From a virus, in the IMG/VR virus record IMGVR_UViG_3300042197_001567, positions 27,095 to 91,094 of that record: DNA of 64,000 bases. One strand, given 5' to 3'. The position numbers and the translations under genes are program-made. The notes beneath the pieces were generated by a model that did not search any database, was not told the DNA's origin, and worked only from the letters and a program-made list of their open reading frames with translations. Positions 1-9,426 of the stretch are shown here, piece after piece (position 1 is the stretch's first letter; each line of letters begins with the position of its first letter).

Positions 1-140
1 ACGTTGACCACATTAAACCTATTTCATCTTTTATAATTTCAGAAATAGGAGATTCAGAATTTATGAAATGTTGGTCTTTAGACAATCTTCAACCTTTGTG
101 GGGTGAAGAAAATTTAAAAAAATCAAATAAATTACTTTAA
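1..140 (+). CDS. HNH endonuclease, C-terminal fragment (truncated by window edge)
   Basis: Frame from base 3 reads VDHIKPISSF...CWSLDNLQPLWGEENLKKSNKLL*, a DH..P / NLQPL..N HNH signature; not in ORF track. Confidence 0.75.
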   Translation, partial: VDHIKPISSFIISEIGDSEFMKCWSLDNLQPLWGEENLKKSNKLL

Positions 141-341
141 TAATACTCTTATTGATTTTGATAAAACTTCAGTTTCACCTATGGTAAAACAGTTTTTATC
201 ATACGCATGACGTACGGCTTCAATAAGATAAACAAGTGCATGATTTTTATCCATAGTATCCAAAATACTATCTAAATGATCTTCAGTCTGTAGATCAATT
301 CTGTTAAACAGATTACCAAATGATTTATTTTCATTTTCCAT
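132..341 (-). CDS. hypothetical protein, 69 aa
   Basis: ORF with normal composition and ATG, divergent from the 364 gene. Confidence 0.65.
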   Translation of the reverse strand: MENENKSFGNLFNRIDLQTEDHLDSILDTMDKNHALVYLIEAVRHAYDKNCFTIGETEVLSKSIRVLLK

Positions 342-363
342 ATTTTATTATATTTATATAGTA

Positions 364-1884
364 ATGATAACAGATTCTTTAATAAAGAAAATATTACGTG
401 AAGCAACAACTGACTCTGGAAGTAGAGGGTCGTATACGCCACCATTACAACCAGGATTAAGAGATTTTGTAAATAAATTATCTCCGTATAATATATCTGT
501 TTCAGATTATAAAAGTCCTTTGGTACAATATGATAGTTATGATCATACATGGGACTTAAGACGTGATGAAATCAAAAAACTAGAAAAAACCGCAAAAAAA
601 GTAACTGATTTTATTAAAAGTCATCCGGATTCCACATTTACAGATGAAGATGGAGGTATTATAAACCAAACCCCAAGTGGAAAAAATAAAAAAACATCCG
701 AAATAGTACCAATCAAACGTAATAAAAATAAATTAAACGAAATAACTACCACAACTACTGCCGGTGAGTATTCGGGACCTCAAGAATTGGGTATTAGAAA
801 TTGGACTGATAATGAACTAGGAGCTTTTAGAATAAAATCCGACATTCCAATAAATAACCAAATTATTAAAAAATTTATTAAAAAAAATGTTTTAAAAACA
901 GTTGGTGGTTGGGAACCTAGAAAAGGAAAATTTAAAATTGATACTGGATATGCGGGTGAAGAAAAAGAAAAAAAGGTAGATAAAAAAGGTGTTATAGATA
1001 ATGAAGTAATTGATTGGTATAAAAATTCTTATAAATCGAAACTAAAAGAAAATTCCGTAAACGAAGATTTGGCCGTGTGGTTTGGAAAAAAGAAAAAACC
1101 AAAGGGATCATCTCAACCTAAAGGACCTTGGGTTGATATATGTAGAAAAGTTGATGGAAAACACCCCCCTTGTGGAAGAAGTGATACAAGTAAAGGATCT
1201 TACCCCAAATGTAGAGCAGCAGGAGTTGCTGGTAAAATGAGTGATTCACAAAAAAGATCTGCTTGTCAACAAAAAAGAAGGGCCGAAAAACAAGACACAC
1301 AAACAGGTAAAGGTCAAAAACCAATAATGACAAGTTATAAACCAAAAAAGAAATTAAAAGAAGACATGAGACAACAAATTATTACATTAACCGAATCAGA
1401 CATTATGAAAATCGTTAGACGAGTTCTAAAGGAACAAAACGTTGGTGATGACGTAAGTAATTTAGGAAACTTGAGCATGAAATGTATTGCATACAACTCA
1501 AAAACACCATATACATATGATATTGATGGATATAGAGGTGAAGGTACTGTAGAAGAAACTGGTTATGGTCTTGGTTTTAACATAGTAAGATCGTCAAACA
1601 TTCCTATGGATGGAATTGCTGGTGACCCATCACAACCAACTTTAGTTGAATTGGAAGACATGTCTGTAGAGTTACTTAATTATTTAAAAACTAGATTCAC
1701 TAAAAATCCGATTACCGGAGAAGATATCGATTGGAGTACTACAGCAGTAGACAAAAAAGTTATTTACGTTAAAAACTTGGTTTCATCTTTTAAATTTGCT
1801 TGTAAAGTTGATGAGCAAAGAACAGACCCATTATGGATATCGTTCTTTAAAGATACTGCATACAACCTACCGATTGTTGCTTAG
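364..1884 (+). CDS. multidomain putative internal head protein with a basic Cys-containing (DUF5872-like) module
   Basis: 506 aa; IKKILRE and LTESDIMKIVRRVLKEQ motifs, several LNE/LKE linkers; WFG..PWVDI..PCGRS..YPKCR module; TATTTATA at 351-358. Confidence 0.55.
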   Translation: MITDSLIKKILREATTDSGSRGSYTPPLQPGLRDFVNKLSPYNISVSDYKSPLVQYDSYDHTWDLRRDEIKKLEKTAKKVTDFIKSHPDSTFTDEDGGIINQTPSGKNKKTSEIVPIKRNKNKLNEITTTTTAGEYSGPQELGIRNWTDNELGAFRIKSDIPINNQIIKKFIKKNVLKTVGGWEPRKGKFKIDTGYAGEEKEKKVDKKGVIDNEVIDWYKNSYKSKLKENSVNEDLAVWFGKKKKPKGSSQPKGPWVDICRKVDGKHPPCGRSDTSKGSYPKCRAAGVAGKMSDSQKRSACQQKRRAEKQDTQTGKGQKPIMTSYKPKKKLKEDMRQQIITLTESDIMKIVRRVLKEQNVGDDVSNLGNLSMKCIAYNSKTPYTYDIDGYRGEGTVEETGYGLGFNIVRSSNIPMDGIAGDPSQPTLVELEDMSVELLNYLKTRFTKNPITGEDIDWSTTAVDKKVIYVKNLVSSFKFACKVDEQRTDPLWISFFKDTAYNLPIVA

Positions 1885-2135
1885 TCTTTCTTTTTATATT
1901 TAATTTCACCGGAAACTAAAGTTTTTAAAATTTCAAAAGCCTCAACGTCTGACAATGTTTCCATGTACATGATAAAATCTTGTTGATTTGGACTTGCGTT
2001 TGAAATGTCAACCCCACGAACAACATTTGGATTTGTTTGTGTTTGTTTTGTGGTATCAACAGGTGTTGTCGGTTTAGTTTGTGAAAAACTAACAAAGGAT
2101 AAAAATAAAGTGGAGATAAAGATTAATGTTTTCAT
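1881..2135 (-). CDS. small exported protein with Sec signal peptide
   Basis: MKTLIFISTLFLSFVSFS|Q: basic N-terminus, hydrophobic core, S-F-S cleavage site then Gln. Confidence 0.65.
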   Translation of the reverse strand: MKTLIFISTLFLSFVSFSQTKPTTPVDTTKQTQTNPNVVRGVDISNASPNQQDFIMYMETLSDVEAFEILKTLVSGEIKYKKKD

Positions 2136-2136
2136 A

Positions 2137-2568
2137 TTATTGGTGTTTTTGAGTTTCTTGAAGTATTTTTTGGTAGATTTTATCTAGAGTGTTTTTAATA
2201 TTTGTTTTTATTTCTTTTTCAGTTGTAATACGTCGTTTCTCTGTTTCTGTATCATATAAATATAAAACTCTATCAAAATCTCTAGCTGAAAGTTTTACAT
2301 CATAGTGAAATATGTGGTTTGTAATTTCAACCTTACCGTAGTCAATGATGATAAACAAATTTAAAGTTTCATTTAAAATGTATCTCTTATTTGTTAGAGG
2401 AGCTATGGTAAAAACTGAATCTTGATGTGAAATAAGTTTTACACAAATTTTGAATGCTGTTTTTTCATGAAGTTCTAACTCTTCATGAGTTTTCATTGAG
2501 GATTTACGATTGAGTTTTTCTACAAATACTCTAAACCTTTTATAAAATTTTAAAATTTTTTTTTTCAT
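2137..2568 (-). CDS. hypothetical protein (start reassigned to ATG 2568)
   Basis: ORF 2137..2649; the upstream extension overlaps a promoter and the HNH gene. Confidence 0.65.
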   Translation of the reverse strand: MKKKILKFYKRFRVFVEKLNRKSSMKTHEELELHEKTAFKICVKLISHQDSVFTIAPLTNKRYILNETLNLFIIIDYGKVEITNHIFHYDVKLSARDFDRVLYLYDTETEKRRITTEKEIKTNIKNTLDKIYQKILQETQKHQ

Positions 2569-2593
2569 ATATTGGTGTTTTGTGGTTGTTCTA

Positions 2594-2625
2594 CAAATAT
2601 ATGAAATAAATCTAATTAATTCAAA
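2594..2625 (-). promoter_or_regulatory. Bacteroidota-type housekeeping promoter (-33 TTTG, -7 TAnnTTTG)
   Basis: Minus strand TTTG-N20-TATATTTG, 26 nt upstream of ATG 2568. Confidence 0.55.
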
Positions 2626-3095
2626 ATTAATGATAAAAAATTTTTCCAAGTTTCTAAATCATTTTTATTTCTACCTATGTTTGCAGAATAACAACACAGA
2701 ACAACATTATCTTTAGTATATCCTTTATTATTATCTAATCTATCTAAAGATGGTTGTTGTGGATGTTTTTTTTGATGGGAAGGTATTAAAGGTATTTTAA
2801 ACCAATGACAAAGACCGTTTTGTTTCTCCATCATTTCATTGATGTCGTCAACGGTTAACGTACATTCTATTTTTCTATGTTTTGAGTCATGAATAAGAGT
2901 GTTTTGCCACAATCTAACCCTTCTTTCTTTTTGTAAGATCCCTTCTCTTTTTCTGTGTTCCGGATCTAATCTTTTCTTTCTTTTATATTCTCGTGTTACT
3001 TTTAAAATACATTCTTTACATTTATTTCCTCTTTGAGTTTTATAAAAATCAGTTATAGATTTTATTTTTCCGCATTTACTACATTGTTGATCCAT
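2616..3095 (-). CDS. HNH homing endonuclease with N-terminal zinc finger
   Basis: CSKC...CKEC and SLDRLDNNKGYTKDNVVLCCYSANIGRN; start reassigned to ATG 3095. Confidence 0.8.
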   Translation of the reverse strand: MDQQCSKCGKIKSITDFYKTQRGNKCKECILKVTREYKRKKRLDPEHRKREGILQKERRVRLWQNTLIHDSKHRKIECTLTVDDINEMMEKQNGLCHWFKIPLIPSHQKKHPQQPSLDRLDNNKGYTKDNVVLCCYSANIGRNKNDLETWKNFLSLILN

Positions 3096-3156
3096 ACTAA
3101 TAAATATACGGATAAACATAAAATTCAAAAAAAGAGATATTAATTTCTTTTATTCT

Positions 3157-3624
3157 TTAACAAAACGCACCTGAACACCTTCTTTTTCCGTCGAGTCCTT
3201 TGATTTTTCCTTTGCATACTTGAACGGCGTGACCATTACTATAAGCGGAGGGGTGAACGTCATATTTCGCTTTAGCAGATGCTAAACCTCTTGCGCAAAG
3301 TTTAGTTCCTGTTTTTTTACGACCCTCCATCATTACCATATCTTCATCGTCTATATTCATGGACATTTGCATACCATGTTTTTTTGTTTCATTCATTAAA
3401 AAATCAAAAACTTGATCCATATTATTTTTTGCCTCACTGATATGATCTTGAGCCCAGTCGTGACCACTATCAAGGATTTCTTCAATCATAGAATGGTCCA
3501 TTTCTAATAACATATCACATTGTCTTCTCATTTGTTGCAAGTTCGAAAAGAACATGTATCTTGATGATTCACCATCGTGACTTTCTCTAATAACTTTTTT
3601 TATAATTCTTTCTAACCTATCCAT
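3157..3624 (-). CDS. putative internal head protein with DUF5872-like C-terminus
   Basis: MDRLERIIKKVIRES N-terminal motif; LCARG..AKAKYDVHPSAYSNG..VQVCKG. Confidence 0.5.
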   Translation of the reverse strand: MDRLERIIKKVIRESHDGESSRYMFFSNLQQMRRQCDMLLEMDHSMIEEILDSGHDWAQDHISEAKNNMDQVFDFLMNETKKHGMQMSMNIDDEDMVMMEGRKKTGTKLCARGLASAKAKYDVHPSAYSNGHAVQVCKGKIKGLDGKRRCSGAFC

Positions 3625-3626
3625 GA

Positions 3627-3800
3627 CTATCCATTTAATCCATTTCCTGATCCGATAAGTACCATGTTTAGTTGTGTGACCGAATCACCAGCACCATTTG
3701 TCCAAATCGGATGCGGAGGTACTACCGCTGTTGATCCAGTAAATTCACAATCTGGAACACAAATAAAAGTTTCTGTATTTGCACTTAAAGATTCTCCCAT
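3627..3800 (-). CDS. small putative virion protein, 57 aa (below ORF-track cutoff)
   Basis: MGESLSANTETFICVPDCEFTGSTAVVPPHPIWTNGAGDSVTQLNMVLIGSGNGLNG*; fills the intergenic gap exactly; TATTTATA at 3814-3821. Confidence 0.7.
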   Translation of the reverse strand: MGESLSANTETFICVPDCEFTGSTAVVPPHPIWTNGAGDSVTQLNMVLIGSGNGLNG

Positions 3801-3824
3801 AATTAATTTTATTTATAAATATCT

Positions 3825-5282
3825 TTATTTTTTGTTTACGATTTGAAATTTCAAAGTTCTTTTATATGTGTTAATTTCTCCACTCGAAATAACTTTCATA
3901 TCTATGTAATATTCGTTTGGTATTTTATCTCTTGTATCAAACATTAAATAATATTCCGTAGGTGTTCTATTAAGTTTTGTCCAGTCTTGAACTTGGACTT
4001 CAGTTTGTCCCTCTCTAACATAAACTCTATAATAGGCTTCTACTTTTGGTAATCTTTTATTTGTTGTATATGCTTGTTTTATAATGACACTGACTTTTCT
4101 CATGTCGGTGTTTAAAATTTTCTCATCTTGTTTTATACCATAAAAATCAAAACCATAAGTTTTTGGTTCTGTGGACACCACCCCAATTTGTAAAGTTTTT
4201 GATATTGGGTAAACCGTAAATTCATTAACAACATTCGGTAATGAAAACCCATTCAATTTAATGTTTGACCAAGTATCTGATAAAGAACAATTTGGTGGAA
4301 ATCCAACAAGTGGTGGAATTGTAACCTCATAAACTCCTTGTGTTCTTACACAACTTGGCATATTAATTAAACCAGGTATTGCATTTCCATTACCATCTTT
4401 AATTGTCACCAAAGGATTCTCGTCCAAATTTATAAAGTTACCATCTTCATATGAATACAAATAAAGTTTATTTGCCTTACCTAATGAAAAAGTATATCTA
4501 TCATCTTCAATTAAATCATTATACGATGTTTCAAGACGAGGTTCATAAAAGGTTTGTGTGTGTCTTGAAAAGAAACCAACATAATAAGCCTTTGTGGTAC
4601 CAGTAAGTAATTCTAACTCTGGAAGGTATGATATTCCCCACCCAGCAGGATTTTGAATAGATCCGTTAAGAACTGAATTAATTTCATTTGTCATGTCAAA
4701 TTCAATATCCTCATTTCCAAACTCAAAATGTTGTATATCAACTATGGTTAATGCCGAATAATTGAAAATTCCTTTATTTTGGTTGTCATATATCCCCTCT
4801 TGCTCCCAATTATCTATTGTTTGTCTTTGAACCCAGTTTGATGGTCTTGTTGAATAATTTCTATCTCCGGGTAAGGAATCTAAATCTGTAAAGTCATACC
4901 CCACACCTTCATCCCAGTATTGAGGTTGATTTGGATTATTTTCAATATATGGTATTCTCCAAAGAATCAAATCGAAAGAAATTCCTCTTTCTTTTTCTTC
5001 GGATGTTTCTGTATTTAAAAAGTCTCTTGAAAATGTACTTGTGTTTGTCATTCTCAAAATGTGTTTCACATCATCATCACATTGTCCTGAAATAATTTTA
5101 TTTTGATATTTTTTTCTTAAAGAATTTAAATCAATATCAAAAATGCATCTGGAAAACCCATATGGGTATTTTATATTTCCATCACCATAATATAACTCAA
5201 TAATTGGATTTCTTCCAGTATTAGTTAATCCTGTAAAAACTATGGTATTATTTCTATTTAAATACGAATTATGAATTGACAT
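3825..5282 (-). CDS. putative virion structural (baseplate/tail) protein
   Basis: 485 aa, beta-rich; late motif at 5295-5302; follows the gp5-like gene. Confidence 0.5.
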   Translation of the reverse strand: MSIHNSYLNRNNTIVFTGLTNTGRNPIIELYYGDGNIKYPYGFSRCIFDIDLNSLRKKYQNKIISGQCDDDVKHILRMTNTSTFSRDFLNTETSEEKERGISFDLILWRIPYIENNPNQPQYWDEGVGYDFTDLDSLPGDRNYSTRPSNWVQRQTIDNWEQEGIYDNQNKGIFNYSALTIVDIQHFEFGNEDIEFDMTNEINSVLNGSIQNPAGWGISYLPELELLTGTTKAYYVGFFSRHTQTFYEPRLETSYNDLIEDDRYTFSLGKANKLYLYSYEDGNFINLDENPLVTIKDGNGNAIPGLINMPSCVRTQGVYEVTIPPLVGFPPNCSLSDTWSNIKLNGFSLPNVVNEFTVYPISKTLQIGVVSTEPKTYGFDFYGIKQDEKILNTDMRKVSVIIKQAYTTNKRLPKVEAYYRVYVREGQTEVQVQDWTKLNRTPTEYYLMFDTRDKIPNEYYIDMKVISSGEINTYKRTLKFQIVNKK

Positions 5283-5302
5283 TTACTTTTTTATTATAAA
5301 TA

Positions 5303-6826
5303 TCAATTAATTCGAATATTTTGATTAAGAACTGTTTTGTATGCGTTATTAAATGCGGTTTCAATCTGCGAAACTGTAACCGAGTTTAGTGGTTCTTGGA
5401 TTGGAGCTTCGTTTATATTGTGGGTGTGACTTGTCAAAAAAGAAACAATAAGTCGAAGTAATTTTAAAAGTTCTTCACCTCTTACCATCGAATTGGTACT
5501 TTTTAATATTTCATCTGTAAATTTTTCTTGTGGAATACCATAGAGTGTATTACTTAAATTAATTGGGTTGGTTCCTGGAATGACTGATCGATGAGACAAC
5601 AAATAAAGAAAATCACCACCTACAGATGCGTAAGTTACTGGTGATTCTTTATATTCTGATTTTTCGATTTCATCTTCAATTGTTGTTGTTTGAGGCCCAA
5701 CGGTATTTTTAGACCAGATCACTGCAAATCCAACTTCATTGCTTACTTCAAATAGTTTAACATTGTTGTAAATTGCCGATATAAAGTTAGATTCAATCGG
5801 GTCATTTCCAATCATTTTATCGTAAGTTAATAATGAAGGTGCAAAAACAAAAGGAAATTGATCGTTCAAAAATCCATTATTTGGGTATTCGTTATAACCA
5901 TTTATATTTATTTTTCCTTTGTTGTAACCTTTTATATATTGGTTGATAAATTGACTAGCTTGACTTATAGTTAAACCACTAAATTCCATTTTGGAATTTG
6001 GTACCGGTAAACATTGTGCGTACGATAAAAGAGAAATTTCAAACGTAGATACAGTTGTTCCGTTTCCTTGTAGTATTGGTATGATTGTGTTTACCTCAAC
6101 ACTTCCGTTTACGGTTTGACTATTAATGTCGATTGTATCTATTGACCATTTAATAAAGTTCTTTAACTGTAAATCGTTATACTCTTCACTTGTTATTGTT
6201 TCTGTTCCGGTACTTACTTTTTCTAAATCATAAAAAGATAACTGAACAAATGACCTATTATCATTAAGTTTAATCTGTGGAGAATCCGGTCTTTCATTGT
6301 TAACAGAATTTGTGTATTTACCAGATCTTAATATTATGTCTTGGGTTTTTAATAATAGATCTGTATTTCCTCTTCCTAAAATTGCATTATCTCCAGGTAA
6401 TGGATATATTCCTGTAATTTCTTTTTGTATTTCTCCGGTTTCGGGATCTCTAATATTATCCGCCTGTTTTATATAGTCCCCGTTTGCAAGCATCGCTTGA
6501 GAACTATTAAATGACTCATAGTAATTATTCCACGGTCTTGTTATAGGTCCTTGAATATAAAACTTATTCCAGTCTTTGGTTTCGTCTCTTGTCGAATATA
6601 TAACTCCGACATATTCACCAACTTTTGGTACTTGACTTATGTAATAAGGTAAAAGTGGTAAGCAAACAAAAGGATCTAATTTTGTCCATTCTTGTTTTTT
6701 TTCTGGTTGATTTTGAATCTCATTTTCGATTTTTGGTAATACTCTAATTCTACCTAACATCAAAGGATCATTAACATCTAAAACAAGACCAGGGACTATT
6801 ATTCTTTTATCATAAATTGCTGACAC
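5303..6826 (-). CDS. gp5/VgrG-like baseplate hub-spike protein
   Basis: N-terminal OB-fold signature VLDVNDPLMLGRIRV..PKVGEYV; C-terminal HTH (His-x-His) spike-tip motif. Confidence 0.7.
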   Translation of the reverse strand: MSAIYDKRIIVPGLVLDVNDPLMLGRIRVLPKIENEIQNQPEKKQEWTKLDPFVCLPLLPYYISQVPKVGEYVGVIYSTRDETKDWNKFYIQGPITRPWNNYYESFNSSQAMLANGDYIKQADNIRDPETGEIQKEITGIYPLPGDNAILGRGNTDLLLKTQDIILRSGKYTNSVNNERPDSPQIKLNDNRSFVQLSFYDLEKVSTGTETITSEEYNDLQLKNFIKWSIDTIDINSQTVNGSVEVNTIIPILQGNGTTVSTFEISLLSYAQCLPVPNSKMEFSGLTISQASQFINQYIKGYNKGKININGYNEYPNNGFLNDQFPFVFAPSLLTYDKMIGNDPIESNFISAIYNNVKLFEVSNEVGFAVIWSKNTVGPQTTTIEDEIEKSEYKESPVTYASVGGDFLYLLSHRSVIPGTNPINLSNTLYGIPQEKFTDEILKSTNSMVRGEELLKLLRLIVSFLTSHTHNINEAPIQEPLNSVTVSQIETAFNNAYKTVLNQNIRIN

Positions 6827-7034
6827 CGTTTCGTTTTTTGTATTCTTTTAATAATGAATTATAAGTAATTTCTAATTTATCTAAATGGTCCGTCATTTTG
6901 ATTAATTGTTCTTTTGTGTGATCAAAATCCGCTTTGACAAAATTCATTGCAAGTTCCAAATCTTTGTTTGGCCTTTCTCTTCTTTCCGAAATTATTTTTA
7001 AGACCTCATCTGATGTAATTTTTTGTCTATTCAT
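6810..7034 (-). CDS. hypothetical coiled-coil protein, 74 aa
   Basis: ORF tightly coupled within the operon. Confidence 0.65.
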   Translation of the reverse strand: MNRQKITSDEVLKIISERRERPNKDLELAMNFVKADFDHTKEQLIKMTDHLDKLEITYNSLLKEYKKRNGVSNL

Positions 7035-7037
7035 TAT

Positions 7038-9044
7038 TTATAATTTTTTACCATAACATAAACCAGGAGCTGTCATACCAATTGGTGTGACAGTAAACCC
7101 TAAACAAGCAATTTCCGTTTTTCCGTTTTCGGCCTCCTCTTTATCGATACCATCAACAATTGCCTTAACTGCTGCCATAAATTTATTTGGAGAACCATCT
7201 GCCATTGGACCTGTCGGTATTCCAACGCTTTCGAACTCACCCACAATGCCAGAATATGCTCTAGAAGATGAAAACCCATCCATAAATTTGGAGGCCGCTA
7301 ATAAAGGTAAAGGTATGTCATTTCCACCACCTCCAAAAATTTTTGTAGTTAGTTTCAATAATCTTTGCAATTCATCAATTACACTTTTACATTCTCTAAT
7401 ATCAACCACTAAATCATAAAGTGTTGTTATTATTTCTGTAAGAGCTAAAATTATTTTGACCCTTTTATTATTTTTTTCATTTTTAATATCCGCAATTACA
7501 TCTTTAATTAATTTTTTGATATCTTGTACGACTGAATCAAAAATTATTTTTACAAAAATACCACCTATTTTAGATACCACTTGAACAAAAAAGTTTTTAA
7601 ACTTTTGTGAAAACTCTGTATAACTTTTTATTGTGTCTAAACTATTATTACCCAAAGATTTTAGAACAATTGCAAATGGTAATAAAGTTTTTGGGGATAT
7701 AAGAGCATTAATAACCGCCTTTGGTAATTCTTTGATAAATTCTAAATCTAAATTTATTTGTATTGGTAACCAGTCTGGATTTTCAGTAATTGATGTTGTG
7801 AAATCAACCGCATCGTCAATATTGTTATTATTATTTGATCCTGGCACAAAATTCAAATTACCAACTGCAGATATTGCCGCAGATGAATTAACAGGTAATT
7901 TGATGTTATCACATGTTGCAAACACAGCAACTCTATTTTGAATATTAGTCAGAGTTTCATCTATAAAATTCAAATCTATTTCTGAAAATTCAAAAAAAGA
8001 ATCGTCCAAATTATCTAACTCTGATAGTTTTGCTGACCCAGATACGTCTATTTCTTTATTAGGATCAAAACATAATCCTAATATTCTTTGAATTATTAGT
8101 AATATTTTTTGATATTCGATGATATCATTTTGACCATCAGATTTTTCAATTGATAAAGCTCCGACCAATTGATTTATTAAATTTGCAAATATATTTTTGA
8201 AATCTAAAACTTCTATAGTTTTATAATAATCTTTTAAAAATTGTTTGACTACATTTCCAGTCACTCTATTTGCCAAATTAATTTTTAAAAAATTACCATT
8301 ATTACCAAGATTATCAATATCAACATATGTCATATTGAATAAATCTTGAGTTGATTGACCTTTATATTGAGATCCGTATTGGACTGAAAATGGTTGGTTT
8401 ATGTTTTGTATTCTGTTGTAAATTTCCTTGTTCATAGGAAATGGATTAGATGGATACGATAAGTTTTTTTGTTCATATATAATTTTACCAACATCACTAG
8501 TCGGGTCTTGCTTCAACATCCCTAAAAAATCTATTGACTGTAATTTTATGTATAAATCTTGGTTTGGGGTAAATGTTTGATTTTCCGAACATCCCGCGGC
8601 TTTTAAAATTTCATTCTCTAATAATTTTAATATTTCCGGTTTTAAACCCTCAATTCCAATTATAAATTTTCTTATTATGTATTTTTTTACGTCTCTATCT
8701 TCAGAATGTTTTTTTTCAAAGTCATATAGTTTTTTTTCTAAATTAGTAGATAAACTATCTATTGTGGATTTAACTAAATCATCCGAAGACTCGAGTTTTA
8801 AATTCAAAAGTTCATCGAGTTGTGTTTTGAATTTTTCTTTTGACTTATTAAATTTCTTTTTTTTGGCTTTATATTTTTCACTATATTTTTCGTATCTTTT
8901 TGTTAACTGCTCTTTCTTTTTTTCAAATGAATCACCATGTTTTTTTTTAAGTTTTTTGTAATCCGCTTGCAGTTGTTTAAATCTTTTGGTGTTTTTTATT
9001 TTTTTACCGATTTCATCATAACCGTCTTCGATATCAATTGCCAT
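7038..9044 (-). CDS. hypothetical protein (probable structural), 668 aa
   Basis: Long ORF in the late operon upstream of the spike gene. Confidence 0.6.
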   Translation of the reverse strand: MAIDIEDGYDEIGKKIKNTKRFKQLQADYKKLKKKHGDSFEKKKEQLTKRYEKYSEKYKAKKKKFNKSKEKFKTQLDELLNLKLESSDDLVKSTIDSLSTNLEKKLYDFEKKHSEDRDVKKYIIRKFIIGIEGLKPEILKLLENEILKAAGCSENQTFTPNQDLYIKLQSIDFLGMLKQDPTSDVGKIIYEQKNLSYPSNPFPMNKEIYNRIQNINQPFSVQYGSQYKGQSTQDLFNMTYVDIDNLGNNGNFLKINLANRVTGNVVKQFLKDYYKTIEVLDFKNIFANLINQLVGALSIEKSDGQNDIIEYQKILLIIQRILGLCFDPNKEIDVSGSAKLSELDNLDDSFFEFSEIDLNFIDETLTNIQNRVAVFATCDNIKLPVNSSAAISAVGNLNFVPGSNNNNNIDDAVDFTTSITENPDWLPIQINLDLEFIKELPKAVINALISPKTLLPFAIVLKSLGNNSLDTIKSYTEFSQKFKNFFVQVVSKIGGIFVKIIFDSVVQDIKKLIKDVIADIKNEKNNKRVKIILALTEIITTLYDLVVDIRECKSVIDELQRLLKLTTKIFGGGGNDIPLPLLAASKFMDGFSSSRAYSGIVGEFESVGIPTGPMADGSPNKFMAAVKAIVDGIDKEEAENGKTEIACLGFTVTPIGMTAPGLCYGKKL

Positions 9045-9046
9045 AA

Positions 9047-9415
9047 CTATTTTTTGAATTTATATTGATTATCTGACGCATCTTTATCTATTAATGATTT
9101 CATAACGTCATCGTCCAAATCTAAATCAGATAGGGTAAAATCATCTTCCTTTTCGTTTGATTTTTGCCATATTTGGGCTTGGAGTTTTGAAAGAGATAAT
9201 TTTTTTTCAACACAGTCATTAATAATTTTTTGTTGTTTTTCAATTACAGGACCAATAAGAGTCATATCTTCAGGTTCTTTCATCATTGTCAACATTTTAT
9301 TTTGAATTCTAATTGCAGTACTTCTTTGTTCTACAAGTTCATTATAGATTTCCTGCATCAATGATACCATTGAATCTTTAGATAAATTAATTTCTTTTTT
9401 TTGTGGTCTTGGCAT
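9047..9415 (-). CDS. hypothetical protein (start MPRPQ at 9415)
   Basis: ORF 9047..9430; the late motif at 9419-9426 lies in the annotated extension. Confidence 0.65.
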   Translation of the reverse strand: MPRPQKKEINLSKDSMVSLMQEIYNELVEQRSTAIRIQNKMLTMMKEPEDMTLIGPVIEKQQKIINDCVEKKLSLSKLQAQIWQKSNEKEDDFTLSDLDLDDDVMKSLIDKDASDNQYKFKK

Positions 9416-9426
9416 ATCTATAAATA

